Assembly (NCBI GenBank): GCA_048128005.1
Contig: JBEUKZ010000042.1
Location: 1 to 41,104 of the forward strand
Length of the DNA stretch: 41,104 nucleotides
Direction of reading: 5' to 3'
From: Veleropilina oligotropha
Taxonomy: Eukaryota
Shown here in pieces: positions 12,566 through 25,820 of the stretch; within the stretch, counting starts at the first letter, position 1; each line of letters starts with the position of its first letter. The notes beneath the pieces are model-generated. The model saw only the letters and a list, made by a program, of their open reading frames with translations, had not been told where the DNA came from and ran no database searches. The position numbers and the translations under genes were made by a program.

Positions 12566-14479
12566 TAGTAGCGAAAATAAAAAATATCGTGACTATAGAG
12601 TACTAATATTATTATCGTTGGGAACATACCGGTAGTTCAACATATGAAATCATTTATGAAAAAGATAAATATTGTGGCATATAGGCCTACATTTCTCATG
12701 CTTAACATCGTGAAAACTTGTAAATGTTCCGGATAACGCGTTCATATAAAATAATAACAAAATATCAACTTGCAAATACATGCCATGTCGCCAATTTCAT
12801 TGTTGTTCTTATATAGCAAAGTGAACACAGTTCAACAGGCTATAGTTTTTGTATTAGGCACTTACTGTAATCGGATAAATTGAAATTGTGACAAGGGAGT
12901 ATGCGTAGAGGTGTGAATGTGAGAATAAACCTGTTATCAGGTTCTGTTGTTGATTTAATTTGGCTTGCCGTTGACGCATACATGGAGCTCTCCTTCATTA
13001 AATGACCATTTCGATCTTTGCCGGATGCCGTTGCTATTGCCGCATTGCCGCGTATATGGAATGTCAGCTTTATACCATATTCAAAAGAGGTAAGCAAGGG
13101 TGTCGATTTCAAAATTTGAGCTGTATATACCATGTATACATGCTTAATGAATAGTGGGTTTGGTCAAATTTAGAATAAAATATGTATTTTTATTTTAAAT
13201 GTTTTAAAATATGATACACTGTCAGTCACAATTTTATCAATATTTTAACTTTCGACGAAGCAATCACAAATTGCAGAATTATTAATACACCTCTCTGCGT
13301 AATGTTGAAGTGAACAAATATTGGTATAAACAAAACCAAGATAGGGGGCGTCAAATATTGCGGCATAGATATACAAGATCATGATCACTAAACCTTGATT
13401 AACGGCTTCTACTAAGACATGATATTTTACAAGACCGTATAAGTATTTTAAACTGTGGTAGCTCTATATATAAAATTGATTATAGGCTACCAAAATGAAG
13501 GGCGTCGTCTAACCTAAACGGAATCAAAAGAAGTCACTTCGGCAGCTATTTTACATTCGAATTTGTATTATCGTTGAATATTATTACAAGTCAATATCAG
13601 AAGATATATAAACCATCCACGTGATTTAAGTTTCGGACATAATTATCCATATTAGTGTAAGCGTAGGATGAAACAGAAAGCCCAGAATATCCCATGATAC
13701 TTGATCTGATGTACATCCGGTAAACATTGATAATCAATTAAATATACACTTCTATTTTCCGAATAATGGTAACAAATGGGCTTTATTTATGTAGGCCTAA
13801 AGCAGAAATAATTACTTCCTCTAATTTCTAATTTTCATGATATTATATAGGCTAGCAGACCTAGCTAAAGCTTACGTTGGCTAATGGAATTCGACTTTAT
13901 AGGCGGCCCATATAGTATACTACATGACATTTATCCATCTCACCATGTATAATTATTCGTGAAATATATTAAGACTTTTACTTTATTATCTGTTTGTAAT
14001 GTGGATTACCGAGCAATAAATATGTTACCAGTAATGATTACTAATATTCTTGTTTACAGTTAATTAAAAATGCAGGAAGCCATAACCAAGCGGATATGCT
14101 GTATGCAGTTTGCTTCACCTTGACAGCATCGCTACGCAAAATGCTCTTGAAACTGAAATATGTCAGTTTTTTAGTACAGTCGCCGGATGGTTTCCGATGA
14201 TTTAAGTGGTTCCGGCAGAGGAAAGATCCGTTATATTGGTGAATACGTTGTAGTCAAAATCATGCATACATATTCGCAGCTTTTCACAAGAAATTGCTAA
14301 AAACATCAACCGATGGGTTCATAAAATTTGATAAAGCGAAGTAATGCGTTGACATAATTTCTGGAATGAAGCAATCGTAACATCTCCCCAACAAAATTCT
14401 ACAGATTCTCAAGCTTCGGCGATACATACAGAAAGCAGAACGTTTACAGCAGTCTGCTCAACATATATGCAGCCACTGG

Positions 14480-14998
14480 TAAATAGATTTAAATAGATTT
14501 AAATAGAATTTGTTTGGGTTTAGGAAGTGCATTACTGCCACTCATATTAAAACCCATTGTCGTTTCTGGTCATCTATAGCCTGCCCTATTTCTTAAAATA
14601 ATCATCTATGCGGTTTTTAAATTGGTTTACAGATGTTGATTCTACTACATTACTAGGAAGACTGTTCCATTCATCGACAACCCGATTTGAGAAAAAGTGT
14701 TTCCTAACGTCGAGTCGGAATCTTTTTTTGTAAACTTTGTATTTATGGCCCCTGGTCGGTCTTTGGTTCATCTGAAAAAAGAAAGTACTGTCAACATTGT
14801 CAATTCCTGTAAACATTTTAAATACCTGAATCATATCCCCCCGTGTCCTTCTCAAAGACAATGTTGTGAGGTTAAGTGCTCTTAGTCTATCCTCATAAGG
14901 TAATTCTCTCAATTCGCCTATCAATTTTGTGGCTCTTCTTTGAACTTGTTCAAGAATTTTGATATCCTTTGCAAGATATGGGCTCCATGCTTGCACTG
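14480..14998 (-). mobile_element. 5'-truncated CR1 LINE (ORF2 C-terminus, 3' UTR and repeat tail)
   Basis: WSPYL.KDI..LEQVQRRATK...LPYEDRL...RGDMIQVFK...TRGH...RKHFFSNRVVDEWNSLP; (AAATAGATTT)n tail at 14481-14510. Confidence 0.9.
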
Positions 14999-15308
14999 TA
15001 AAGTGGTAGATGCACTGGCCTCTCGTCGACAGGTTTGGGGTTCAACCCGGATCCCGGCGACTTCTCTCTGGCAAGGAATTTAGTATATATTTGCCTAGGT
15101 TCAACCAGCCAATCTAAATGGGTACATGGTTGATGTGTTATTGTCGTAGCGCTTACTCATGGCAGCTTGACTGTAATACTCTCAAAGAGAGCGGAGATGG
15201 ATAGATGATCAGAACAGGCCGATAAAACCAGGGATAATAATGTCTGCGCTTAGAGCATGTGTATACATGGAATACAGCACGTTATAAATGGATTATTATT
15301 ATTATTAT
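14998..15308 (+). mobile_element. tRNA-derived SINE with (ATT)n tail
   Basis: A-box-like AGTGGTAGA, B-box-like GGTTCAACCC, central AAATGGGTAC motif, GCGCTTAGAG..., (TTA)n end. Confidence 0.7.
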
Positions 15309-16018
15309 AAGAGACGCGGGTTTTGATATATTTTACAATCTCGTTAAGGAAGCTGCTGAATGATCATAGCGCGTCATTGCATGGGTCACACTTAAATTAA
15401 TTTGTATTTGGTAGCTTAAAAACTATACTGACATTAGTTATCATTGGCCTTATGCAACAGTCGTATTTCCCATTTAGAATGTGAAAATGCAAACGCACAA
15501 AACACAAGAAAGCAATCAAGTCTTGGAATTGGCAAATTATATGCTATTCAGGGTTGATGCCAATGACCATCTATACGAAGATATGCTACACAAAATTGCT
15601 GCTGTATTAACAAAGCAATTTACGAGAGACATGCTAAATGAATTATGCGTCGGAAAGAAACTACAGCACAGGAAATTAATAGAGCATCACAAACAGAAGG
15701 CAAAGTTAGACAAAATAAAAATTAATTGTATTAAAAAATGACCAATCAGAAAACAAACTAGAGTCACATTACTTGTTGAAAGCTTTGGTTACAAAGAAAC
15801 CAGCTAATTTGAAATCGTTTACTGTCAAGGAACTTGTCATGTTGTACGTGCGAGGCGTATAACTGTTCAAAGAAAGGGGTAAAAATGCAACCTTGTTTCA
15901 AAATTATCGAAACAAATTTCTCAAGAAGGGTGCATGATAATTCCTTCAATATTTCATACAGCTGCCGTGTCGGCATGCAGCAGCCCAACTAGATATGATT
16001 CCGTCTTCATTTAAACAG

Positions 16019-16235
16019 GCCGCTTCGACAGTACAGTGGTATCGGTTGTGGACTCCGAAAATCACTGACTTGATTCCGCTGACGCGAACAGTAGTGGGAT
16101 CAAACCTCGGCAGGGGCAGCACACATTTGTTCAAATTATGAATCACAGTTGTCCGTAACTGGTCGGAGAGGGCGGGTTTACCCGGGCGACCGGGCTTTCC
16201 TCCCGCGATTATACGGACATGTCCTGCTTTAAACA
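16019..16235 (+). mobile_element. tRNA-derived SINE with V-domain-like core
   Basis: CAGTACAGTGGT A-box, GGATCAAACC B-box, GGGTTTACCCGGGCGACCGGGCTTTCCTCC core; related copies elsewhere in window. Confidence 0.75.
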
Positions 16236-16320
16236 GTCGCTCCAGCTTCAAAATAACGAAGACATTAATCAGCCATCAACATCCAGGAAATCCCTTCCAA
16301 GTCATTTGCACAAGTCAACA

Positions 16321-16458
16321 TCAGAAACTGACGAGGAAATGGAAGTGGATGACAACAACATGCGCGCCGGATGTGGAGTTCTGTGCAAAGAGAGCTAAGA
16401 ATGGATAATGTGTGATTTTTGTATGAAGTGGTTTCATCGAAAGTGCAGTGGTTTAACC
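16321..16458 (+). pseudogene. PHD-finger remnant (probably transposon-derived)
   Basis: Manual translation SETDEEMEVDDNNMRAGCGVLCKES*EWIMCDFCMKWFHRKCSGL. Confidence 0.6.
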
Positions 16459-16489
16459 TCATAGCCACCGAATTCCTTAGGATCATAAT

Positions 16490-17603
16490 CGACACCAAAC
16501 AAAATTGCACCATTTGTGATCCGCATAACACCGACACAAGCATGTACACAGATGGTTCAAAAGATGCAGAATTAGTAGGAGCAGACAATGTTTTCAGGCA
16601 GCGCAAAAAATTAAAAGCAATAGAGCTTGCACTCAATTTTATTTAGTAGTACAAACAGTTATTTTATTATCTATTCAGACTCCGTCTCTAGCTTACAAGC
16701 ATTGAGAGGTGAATAGAAACGCTCTCATTAAAGATATTTTAATAAAATATATTAACCTTTTACCTGATAATGACATTATTTTATGCTGGATACCGAGCCA
16801 TATCGGTATCCAAGGCAATGAGAAGACTGGCAAAGCTTCCAAGGCAACCTCACTTCGTAACCATACACTAATTTGAAAACCACCTATAAATTCTACTTGC
16901 CAGCGCTCTTGGAGTGAATGCACAAGGAATAATTTGCACGAAATCAAGCCTCTTCTTGGCGAATGTGGTCCATCTTACAAGCCCATTCGCTGTGAGGGGG
17001 TGGCCTTAGCTAGACTTACAATTGGGCATTCCCATTACACTCCTTCTTGCCAGCTTAAAGGTGAGCCTCCATCCGAGTGTATTCCTTATGCAACTGCCCT
17101 AACAATTAAACATCTATTATTATATTGTGTAGATTTGGATCTCGCACGCCGAAAGTACTTTAGGGCAAATTCTTTCCAGGAGTTATTTGATCACATTAAG
17201 CTCGAAGCTATATTTGAGTTTTAAAACGGGTAAATATATTCTACAAACTAATTATTATTCATATGTTTATATTATAAATTTCTTTTTTGACTATGTTCTT
17301 ATTATTATACTTGGTTTTATCAACAAAATTTGATTATTTCTACTAAATATTATCATTTTATTGGTTTGTTTTTATATAAACTTACACCATATTTTAACTT
17401 GAAATATATTGGGCCTTTGTGTCCCTAGTTATACTAGTTTTATTTTATCTAATTTTAACTTGTAAATATATCAACCATTAACAACATTCTTATTTAAATT
17501 TATTTAATTTCATTTTATTTTCAATTTATTACGATAACTGACCGACCAGATTATGACTGTAATAATGTCGGCGTGGTCGTTAAACATCAAATTCAATCAA
17601 ATG
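16490..17603 (+). mobile_element. 3' fragment of I/Nimb-group LINE (RNase H and CCHC region, 3' UTR)
   Basis: YTDGSK, IYSDS, CWIPSHIGIQGNE, LHEIKP, LARLTIGH, TIKHLLLYC across frameshifts; end GTCGGCGTGGTCGTTAAACATCAAATTCAATCAA. Confidence 0.85.
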
Positions 17604-17607
17604 AATA

Positions 17608-17852
17608 CAAAACCTGCCCATCTCGACCAGTTGGAGACGACTTTGACTGTTACTCCACAAATTTTCCCAGGCGAAGATCCTATCAGACTCCTGCTAAGCA
17701 GCACAAACAATACCTGTGAATTTGGTGCAAAGCATTAACCCATTCCGCTACAAGGACGTATTAACCCACTCCGCTACATGGACGCATTAACCCACTCCGC
17801 TACAAGGACGTATTAACCTACTCGGCTACATGGACGCATTAACCCACTCGGT
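17608..17852 (-). mobile_element. SINE fragment whose tRNA-like 5' 26-mer is tandemly amplified
   Basis: About 4.5 copies of GYATTAACCYAYTCSGCTACAWGGAC at 17733-17852; minus-strand CAACTGGTCGAGATGGGCAGGTTT resembles the core of the 16019 SINE. Confidence 0.6.
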
Positions 17853-18337
17853 CAACGAGACGACCATTGTTCATTCGGAGATACTCGAACCCTGATATAA
17901 TTTAAAGATAGAGTTTCGACATCTTGAGGCATAGCATATATTCGTTGGACGGTGTTATATGCAGACAACGTCTAACATAGTATAGCTTCTATAAAATCTT
18001 GTGTTGGAAAAAAGTTAACCATAAAATGGTAATAAAATATACTTTAATTGTTTAATTAAACATTTAATAAAAATAAAATGACACGCAAATACCATAAGTA
18101 ATAACTAAGTATTTTCATTTCCATTTAAATACAGTTTAACATTTTCGATCATTATGATATTTTAAAGATTATCAAATAGCCGAAATAAAATTGAAGTAAG
18201 AAACGTTGGTGCGCGCTTTTAATTCAATGTCAAAACATTTATTATTATATTTTAAATTATATTTCTAGATACGATAATATCTAAAACATAAAGAGTGGAT
18301 TTCTTATTTATGATTTAAACCTATACTACAAAATCTC

Positions 18338-18701
18338 CAGTTTACACCTGGAGTAAACCGTAGTTTACCGCAAATTGCATTTCTCATCCTCAGACTGTAA
18401 TAAACCTACAGTAAAGTTTGACTGTGCGATAAACCTGGCTAGGGGCTAGTTTATCACACCGGCTAGATAATAACAGCGGTAAGCATTGGGCAGTTATGGC
18501 ACGGAGATCGTGTTTTGAGAATTAATGTCATTTCAATCACTTTGTTACATATTAGATAGTGTTGCCGTTAGCATATGTATATTTTAAATATTATGTAAAA
18601 TACAGTATTTCATTTTATATTATTTAAATTTAGTCATAAATATACAATTTATATGCAAAATATTTGTAGTTTCTGAAGCATCATTATCATGGGGACATTC
18701 G
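18338..18701 (+). repeat. Interspersed repeat, inverted copy at 20081-20468 (probable non-autonomous DNA transposon part)
   Basis: CAGTTTACACCTGGAG...GAAGCATCATTATCATGGGGA aligns in reverse complement with 20081-20468. Confidence 0.85.
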
Positions 18702-19189
18702 GGGTGGATTTCTTATGTTAAGTTTATATAAACTAGGTTTATGTCAACAAACCTGGTTTATAACGTGGTCATGAAAACCCAAGTTTATTACATGTTTAAA
18801 CCTAGGCCGTGAAAATCGACTCCCAAACCTAATCTGAAATAAACTGCACCGCATTTCACATGCGCTGATTATCGCCGTGTTATTCAAACCAAGTTATCGC
18901 TTTCGTTGTCAATTTCGACGATATATCACGCAAGGTTTATGCCCGATCGAAAACAGTTCGTAAAATACCACAACTGTTAAATGCAAGTTGTACGCAATGT
19001 TGTGTTAGAAAGACAAGAACATTTTATTTTAAGGAAACAAGCAAATTTTTATTTGTTGGTGGAAGAAAATATTAAAGTCATCGAAATTGCTAAAACCCAC
19101 ACCGAGTCATTAAAAGCAGCATAGAAAAGACAGCTATAAAATATAATGATCAGCCTTGAGAGATTTGTCACAATTAAAATACCTATGAA

Positions 19190-19680
19190 AAGGCCGTTTC
19201 ACGCATACTCGGAACCGAATCTGTACCGAAACCGAATAAAAATAGAATCTAAAGAAATATATTGGAGCTTTCACACATACACCCGAAATAAAGCCGTAAA
19301 CGAAGCGAATTCGGTGAATGATTTCAATATATATATTTTCGGATTCGGTGACCCAAATTATTGGTTGTGACGCGTATATGAGGGTAAACATTTATCGTCA
19401 AAGTTAGGTCTGCACTCATCCTAAAGTACGTAAAAACGACGATCTCTGAGGTGATCTTTAAATTCTTCCACCTGCCGCCTTTACAAGTTAATCTAGTGCA
19501 CCATACACATCTTGCACGTCGTCTCCTTCTCGGCAACACATATCCTAGCATATCATCATCGCAACTGTTGTATGTATCAACCATATTGCAGTAGTTTTAA
19601 TGATGTAAAGCAATGGTACGGTACGAAAGCACCACCGAAACCGAATCGGTGCTGATTCTGTTTTCGGTTTCGGTTAGGAA
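19190..19680. mobile_element. Degenerate Harbinger-like MITE with ACCGAA motifs
   Basis: Starts AGGCCGTTTCACGC; repeated ACCGAA/TTCGGT motifs at both sides; second TIR not found. Confidence 0.4.
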
Positions 19681-19699
19681 ACAAAAAAGAAAAGAAAAG

Positions 19700-19935
19700 G
19701 ATCAATGCTTAATGTCATGTATATTTTCAACCATCATTTGGTTCAAAGACATGTCCCTATTAACGCCGGAGAAAATCCCGGTCGCCTGGGGAAACCCGCC
19801 CTCTCCGACCATTGACGGACAACTGTGATTCATAACTTGAACAAATGTGTGATGTTACTGCCGAGGTTTGAACCCACTACTGTTCGCGTTGCGATTTTTC
19901 GAAGTTCACAACCACACGACTGTCGAAACGGCACG
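19700..19935 (-). mobile_element. tRNA-derived SINE (same family as 16019)
   Basis: Reverse complement has GGTTCAAACC B-box and GGGTTTCCCCAGGCGACCGGGATTTTCTCC core. Confidence 0.75.
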
Positions 19936-20080
19936 TCTGAAATAAAGGCCAAGAAGGATTTCGGGAAGCAGAAAAGGAAGCGATGGGTCACTGATGGTGG
20001 ATGCGACACCGGGCATAGAATACTGTAAATCAATTTCAAAGTACAGAGCATAATTATAATTCCTTGCAAGTGTTTGAACA

Positions 20081-20468
20081 TCGAAAATCCCCATGATAAT
20101 GATGCTTCAGAAATTACAAAATATTTTGCATATAAATTGTATATTTATGACTAAATTTAAATAATATAGATTCTTTTTAATGAAGTACCGTATTGTACAT
20201 AATATTTAAAATATACATATGCTAACGGCCACACTGTATCCAATATGTAACAAAGTGATTGAAATGACTTTAATTCTCAAAACACGATATCCGTGCCAGA
20301 ACTTCCCAATGCTTCCCGTTATTATTATCAAGCCGTTGTGATAAACTAGCTCCTAACCAGGTTTATCGTACATTCAAACGTTACTCTTGGTTTATTCAAG
20401 GTTTATTACAGTCTGTGGATGAGAAATGCAATTTGCGGGTAAACTATGGTTTCTCCAGGTGTAAACTG
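20081..20468 (-). repeat. Inverted copy of 18338-18701
   Basis: Direct comparison. Confidence 0.85.
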
Positions 20469-20471
20469 AAC

Positions 20472-22707
20472 CAGCCGATTTCACGAAACAAGTCCAAGCT
20501 AGACATACCTAACCCTTAGACCAAGTCTTCTTAGACTGAGTCCAAATTTAAATACAATTTCCATTTCACCAACCGCATGTACAAATTGTTAAATACAGTC
20601 CAGTAAGACGTAGTCCAATGTGATTTAGACATTGTCCATGCTTCGGATGTAAAACGAGAACAATCGAATTTTAGAAATGCGACTCATGGAATTGGGGACA
20701 AAAGAAAGGTTACGTAATAGTAGTATCTAACGATCGTGTAGAATGTGAAAATGCAGACGGGTAATCACAACAATTTTTACCTTCAGAAATATGCAGTTTT
20801 TCTGGTCACTATATGAGAGTGAAATGATGTAATTGAAGTTCTAAAAAGTGACTGAGCGACATCATCGACTGTTTCGATAGGTACTTCCTTGTTATCTCCC
20901 CCCCCCCCCACTATTGAAAATCGCTAAAACACACATACAAGTACGCATATTCAGGGTAGTACCATAAAGGCAAATGCAGCTTGCGATAAGATACACGTGA
21001 TGGGTACGGAGTTGTATTGGCTTTACAAACGTATATACACCGGACCGCCCCGTGAACCTGGACTGACCGAGGTTCACCTGTTGCTAGTCCCCATGGACTT
21101 ACCAGTTAGTAATCATTGCTGCATGTTTATTTCCAATTGACCTAGTTGGAGCACAGTTGCGTTGCTTTTTGCTCCTCAAGTAAAATAGCTTTCTACTTCA
21201 CAATAACATATATGGATCTATCCTGAATATGCGTACTTGTATGTGTGTTTTTGCGATTTTCAATAGTGGGGGGTAACAAGGAAGTACCGTTTCGATATTT
21301 TGAAGTATAAGTTGGGAATCGATCACAATCTCTCTAGTTTCTAGGTGGTATCGCATTACAGAAGCCAAACTGATACATGGGAATCTTCTTTTCAATACAT
21401 CGAAGTCCATTTTAATGATATAGCGTGCTCGTTTGTTGTCAATAATGTATCGTCTCTCTTCGTCACTAGATATAGTCGTGAGAATAAATCTGTAACATGT
21501 ACTGCCGCAACGCTAGCTATCTGAGTTCCATTCGCGGGATTGCCGAGAATTTGTCACAGGTATATATCGTCTGCATCGCACACAGTATCCGTATGTCGGA
21601 TGAGATGTAAAGTCGGTGACCCAGACTACAGATACGACTGAAATAATGTTAAAATGTGGTCGTAAATCTAAACTGATTCGAATAAAATTCAAAATTCAAA
21701 AATGTATGCTCGTTATCAACCATAAGAATGCCTTAAACTGTCAAAGCGTCTATAGGCATGTGGGTGCTATTCTAAAAGTCAAGAGTCGAATGTTGCCTCC
21801 GAACAACATTCCGAAATATTATCTTGTCATTACACACGTCTGAACATTCAGGGAGTAGATTCCATTTTGATTCATATAAATGGCAGCGCTGGGCACTCGT
21901 GTTGGACACGTAATCATGATGCGCGTACCATTTTTGCACCCTGTTTCACCGAAAATCCAGTCATACGGTAGAAATGTTGTATTATGATATAGTGTGCCTA
22001 CAGAGACTCTATAGCTGCATGCGCTGCCCTGCGTACAATCCTACATTGATGCTGCACCTGCGTTATTGAAGTGTCCCGTCACACTCTGACAACTGTCAGT
22101 TGCGAAGAAACCGACACATGCCAGTATCTGTAACTGGATTGGTTGGCAACATTGTTTTACGATTAATTTTACCAATTTTTCTGCAGGATCGCAGTCGGGA
22201 CACACGGTTTAATATATGTCTTCGATCTAACCGACATTTTCGGCATATGCCATCTATTATTTTAATCTGTAGAATGAACCGCCGCTGGCCTCGAACCCAG
22301 GACCAGTTATCCACTTCATATATTCATTGCATGTGTGATCTCGTCAACAATAATATAATAAATCCGCTGCCGAATTATCTGTCGTTTTAAATACTGAAAA
22401 GCCAAAAAACGCACGTATCACGTCTTCGCCTCAATGATAGAGAAAGTTCACACAGAAGCTGAAAATCACAACGTCAGCGCCTATAATTTTATGACTTTTC
22501 GTCTAAATTTAGACTCGGACAGATGTAGACGACGTCAGTGAAATGAAATCATGTTTAGACAAAGTCTATAATCGCCGAAGACTGAGTCTAGTTGGACCCA
22601 ATTCGGTAGACTGAGACCTCGTTGGTGAAACGCATTTTTAATTTAGACATTGTCTAAAATATTTTGGACTTCGTCTAAAGATTGGACTTGGTTGGTGAAA
22701 TCGGCTG
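20472..22707. mobile_element. Non-autonomous TIR DNA transposon (Harbinger-like ends) carrying nested insertions
   Basis: CAGCCGATTTCACGAAACAAGTCCAA ... TTGGACTTGGTTGGTGAAATCGGCTG; TAGAC/GTCTA motifs in both subtermini; TSD not evident. Confidence 0.65.
20880..21288. mobile_element. Mutator-like MITE, long TIRs and 9-bp TSD
   Basis: GGTACTTCCTTGTTA...CTATTGAAAATCGC...CATATTCAGG mirrored at the right end; GTTTCGATA at 20871-20879 and 21289-21297. Confidence 0.85.
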
Positions 22708-22709
22708 TA

Positions 22710-23260
22710 TATGTCCAAGCACTTTCAAGAAATAATAATTATGCCCTGTACTTTGAAATTGATTTATTCTATGCCCGGTGTCGTATCCACCATCAGTGAT
22801 CCTTCGCTTCCTTTTTTGATTTCCGAAATCTTTCTTGGCCTTTATTTCAGACGTGCCGTTTCGACAGTCGTGTGGTTTCAATTGTGAACTCCGAAAAATC
22901 GCTGACGCAAACAGTAGTGGTTCAACCCTCGGCAGTAAGTAAGTAAATGATTTATTGCAACTTAATTAGTTGAATGACATACATTAAATTTTATAAAATA
23001 TCCATAATAAAAACAAAACATATCACAAATAATACAAGGCGTGCTATTTGAAACCGATAAAATTAAAACTAAAAGCATTCAACGGAATAATTAATGAAAC
23101 AATTAGGAAATGAACATTATTTATGACAAAGAGTTGTATAAAAAATATAAAAATAGAATAAGAGCACATGAGTGTAAAATAGAACAGACACATTTGTTCA
23201 AGTTATGAATCACAGTTGTCCGTAACTGGTCGGACATAAAGCATCGATCTATTTCTTTCC
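22710..23260 (+). repeat. Inverted paralog of 19690-20080 (flank plus SINE), SINE interrupted by ~250 bp AT-rich insert
   Basis: ORFs 19825+ and 22675- share PHDCRNGTSEIKAKKDFG; SINE breaks at ~22936 and resumes ACACATTTGTTCAAG at ~23188. Confidence 0.8.
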
Positions 23261-23439
23261 TCTTTTCATTTCAGACGCTTAATGTTTTAATACGGTTCTA
23301 ATTCGTATTAAAAGGCTAGTGTGAACACAGCATTATTGCTTGTGCGATCGTGGGTTCTTATATAGATTGCTGTTTGCTTAATCTGAACCTGCAACCGAAT
23401 TCTCTCTCGTTAAAAATGCTGAATTAATCCACACGTTCC

Positions 23440-23757
23440 CGAAAAACGCGCCCATCACGTCTTCGTTTCAATGTCAGTGTCCGCCATGTGTGTACATAGG
23501 TTCAAGACTTTAACATGGGTCGGAGTGCGTCTACAATTTCACGATTTATCGTCTAAACTTAGGCTCTGTCAGATATAGGCATCGTTTGTGAAATGAAACC
23601 ATGTTTAGACCAAGTCTACAATCACCGAACACTGCGTCTAGCTAGACTCAACTCTGTGGACTTAGACCTCGTTCGTGAAATGCATTTTTCATTTAGACAG
23701 TCGAAAAGTTTTGGACTACGTCGAAACATTGGCCTTTGGGTTGGTGAAATCGGTTGT
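23440..23757. repeat. Second, diverged copy of the right end of the 20472-22707 element
   Basis: Aligns with ~22405-22707, ends TTGGTGAAATCGGTTG. Confidence 0.75.
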
Positions 23758-24410
23758 TGAACTCCAACGAACGAGGTCCCAATGAACGATGCCCTGACCC
23801 TCCCACCTCCATCCTCCAAAAATAAAATAAAAGTGTCTTGGATTCAACTCGAGGAAATCTCGAGTGAAAGTGGGCTGATATGAATCATTTAGTAATTCCG
23901 ATTATAGGATTACCAGTGGATGACATTAGGGGCAGATATACCTACACGAACGGACACACAACCACATCTTATTGACCATCAGCTATATATGTGCAGCGAA
24001 ATCAAAGAAAACAATAACAATCAGAGGAGATTGCAAACCCTCGCCACGGGGACAAGGAAGACGATGGTGAAAGTCAGAAATGTCTACGATAAATATTTCT
24101 AAACATGAATTACAATCATGAAATGTAATCACAAATTATAAAAAAATAATGAATAACAAAATTTAAATAAAAAAATAAAAAATATTTTGGAGTTACGGGA
24201 GTCGAACTCGTGACGTCTAGACCTCTCGCCAACGCCTTAACAGACAGACTAATTACTACGGCTAATTTAGGCTATTTATATTTGGTGTTACATTTTTGTA
24301 TTTGCAAATTTGGCCGAAATTGACAATACTTAACTCGCAATAACTCAATAGTTACTAAAGCGATATGCCTGAAATTTTGAAGAAAGATAGATTAAGATAA
24401 CCTTGCTTAA

Positions 24411-24950
24411 CCATTTCATCACGGCAGCCCGCTATAGCGGGCAGAAATGACGTCACTTTTCACCTCTGACGTTAAACAATGTTATTGTCTTATTTTTACT
24501 TTATTCTGGCCAAAAGAGAGTCACATTTCATCTGTATTTTCAATGCAACTAATAGTAATAATGATATATACAATTCATTTTGAAAGTTACTGTTAGGTTA
24601 TTCAATGTTTTATTTAAATTGTATTCATAAAATGATTATTTATGCAAATGGCCAGCTAACAAATACCTAAATCATATAAATAACGTCATTATTTCATAAA
24701 TATATATATATATATATATATCTACGTCATCTCATCTGTAATTAAGTTAGTGAGTAAAACATTTCAGCTAGATTAATATACTTATAAAGGTTCCAATATA
24801 TCCCAATCATAAAAATATATAGTTTTCCATAAAGTTATTCAATGGAAACTGTTGATATCACAGAAGATATACGATAAATTTGTCTGGAATTCAGCCAGCA
24901 TATTCAGTGTGTATGACTATTGTTCTCTGGAATACTCAGTGATGAAAGAG
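24411..24950. mobile_element. piggyBac-like MITE with TTAA TSD
   Basis: TTAA|CCATTTCATCAC ... GTGATGAAAGAG|TTAA. Confidence 0.7.
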
Positions 24951-24999
24951 TTAATGGTGTAAATGATATCACGGCGTTAACAGTATTTAAAGAACTATC

Positions 25000-25682
25000 A
25001 CAAATATCTCAACGTCTCGACGATTTTAACTTCGGACCAAAAACTATTACCACAAAGTCTCTCAAACACATAAAGTATATCGATAAGAGTTGTAGATAAT
25101 GTCCCACTCTGTCAATTGGTAAAATTTGAGGTGTCTGGTTTCAGTGGTTACCGATTTACGGCATTTATTTGCAATTTTTTTTGGTTTATGTCTACAATGC
25201 TTATAAAGTTCACATTTCACATTATTTTCTAAATATTTTTGCTGAGATCAATATAATTTCATTACGACTATTATTTGCATAACGAATTTACATAATTTAA
25301 TTCGATTTGGCGAAATTAGAAATTGACCCCCTATTTTTCAAATTTTAAATCCCCCTGGCGGCCATCTTGTGTGAGATAGATTCTAAAGAACATGTTGAGC
25401 CTATTTTGAAGTTTGTACTAAACCTGTAAACCGGATATTGCGTCATAAAGTCCAAACCAGGATCACAATACGGACCATCTTCGAGAAGGCCCGAGACACA
25501 AACCTTACCTTGTGTAAAAATTTCAAGTAAATCGGATCAATAGTTGTCGAGTTATGCCAATGGACATACATACATACATGCATGCCTGCCTGCCTACCTG
25601 CCTGCCCGCACACATACACACATACATACATACGGAGCCGATTGCAATACCATCACCTCTCCTCCGGAGGCGAGGGTTATAA
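25000..25682. mobile_element. Helentron-like non-autonomous element (HINE) end; left boundary uncertain
   Basis: AAATTTCAAGTAAATCGGATCAATAG, (CATA)n/(CCTG)n microsatellite, terminal hairpin CCTCTCCTCCGGAGGCGAGG then TTATAA. Confidence 0.6.
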
Positions 25683-25820
25683 GGGCATATGGGTCTATAT
25701 CGACTACATTTGATCGACAATAATAAGTATAAGTTTGTTGGCGGACATATCGCAGCCAGGACACGCGGTTTGAGGTCTTTGATCTGACAGACATATAGGG
25801 CATATATGCCTTCTATTTTA

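Noticed and set aside
12941..13095. Possible host exon (CAG|...GAG|GTAAGC) and ORF 12840-13133
   Set aside because: All three plus frames contain stops and the minus ORF has no recognisable motif
15481..15988. ORFs of 86 and 74 aa
   Set aside because: No recognisable domain or gene structure
17733..17852. Short regular repeats as a possible CRISPR array
   Set aside because: Units are contiguous with no unique spacers, no cas genes, eukaryotic context
24195..24255. tRNA-like B-box on minus strand (similar scraps at 22285 and 40445)
   Set aside because: No complete cloverleaf; SINE-derived debris, not tRNA genes
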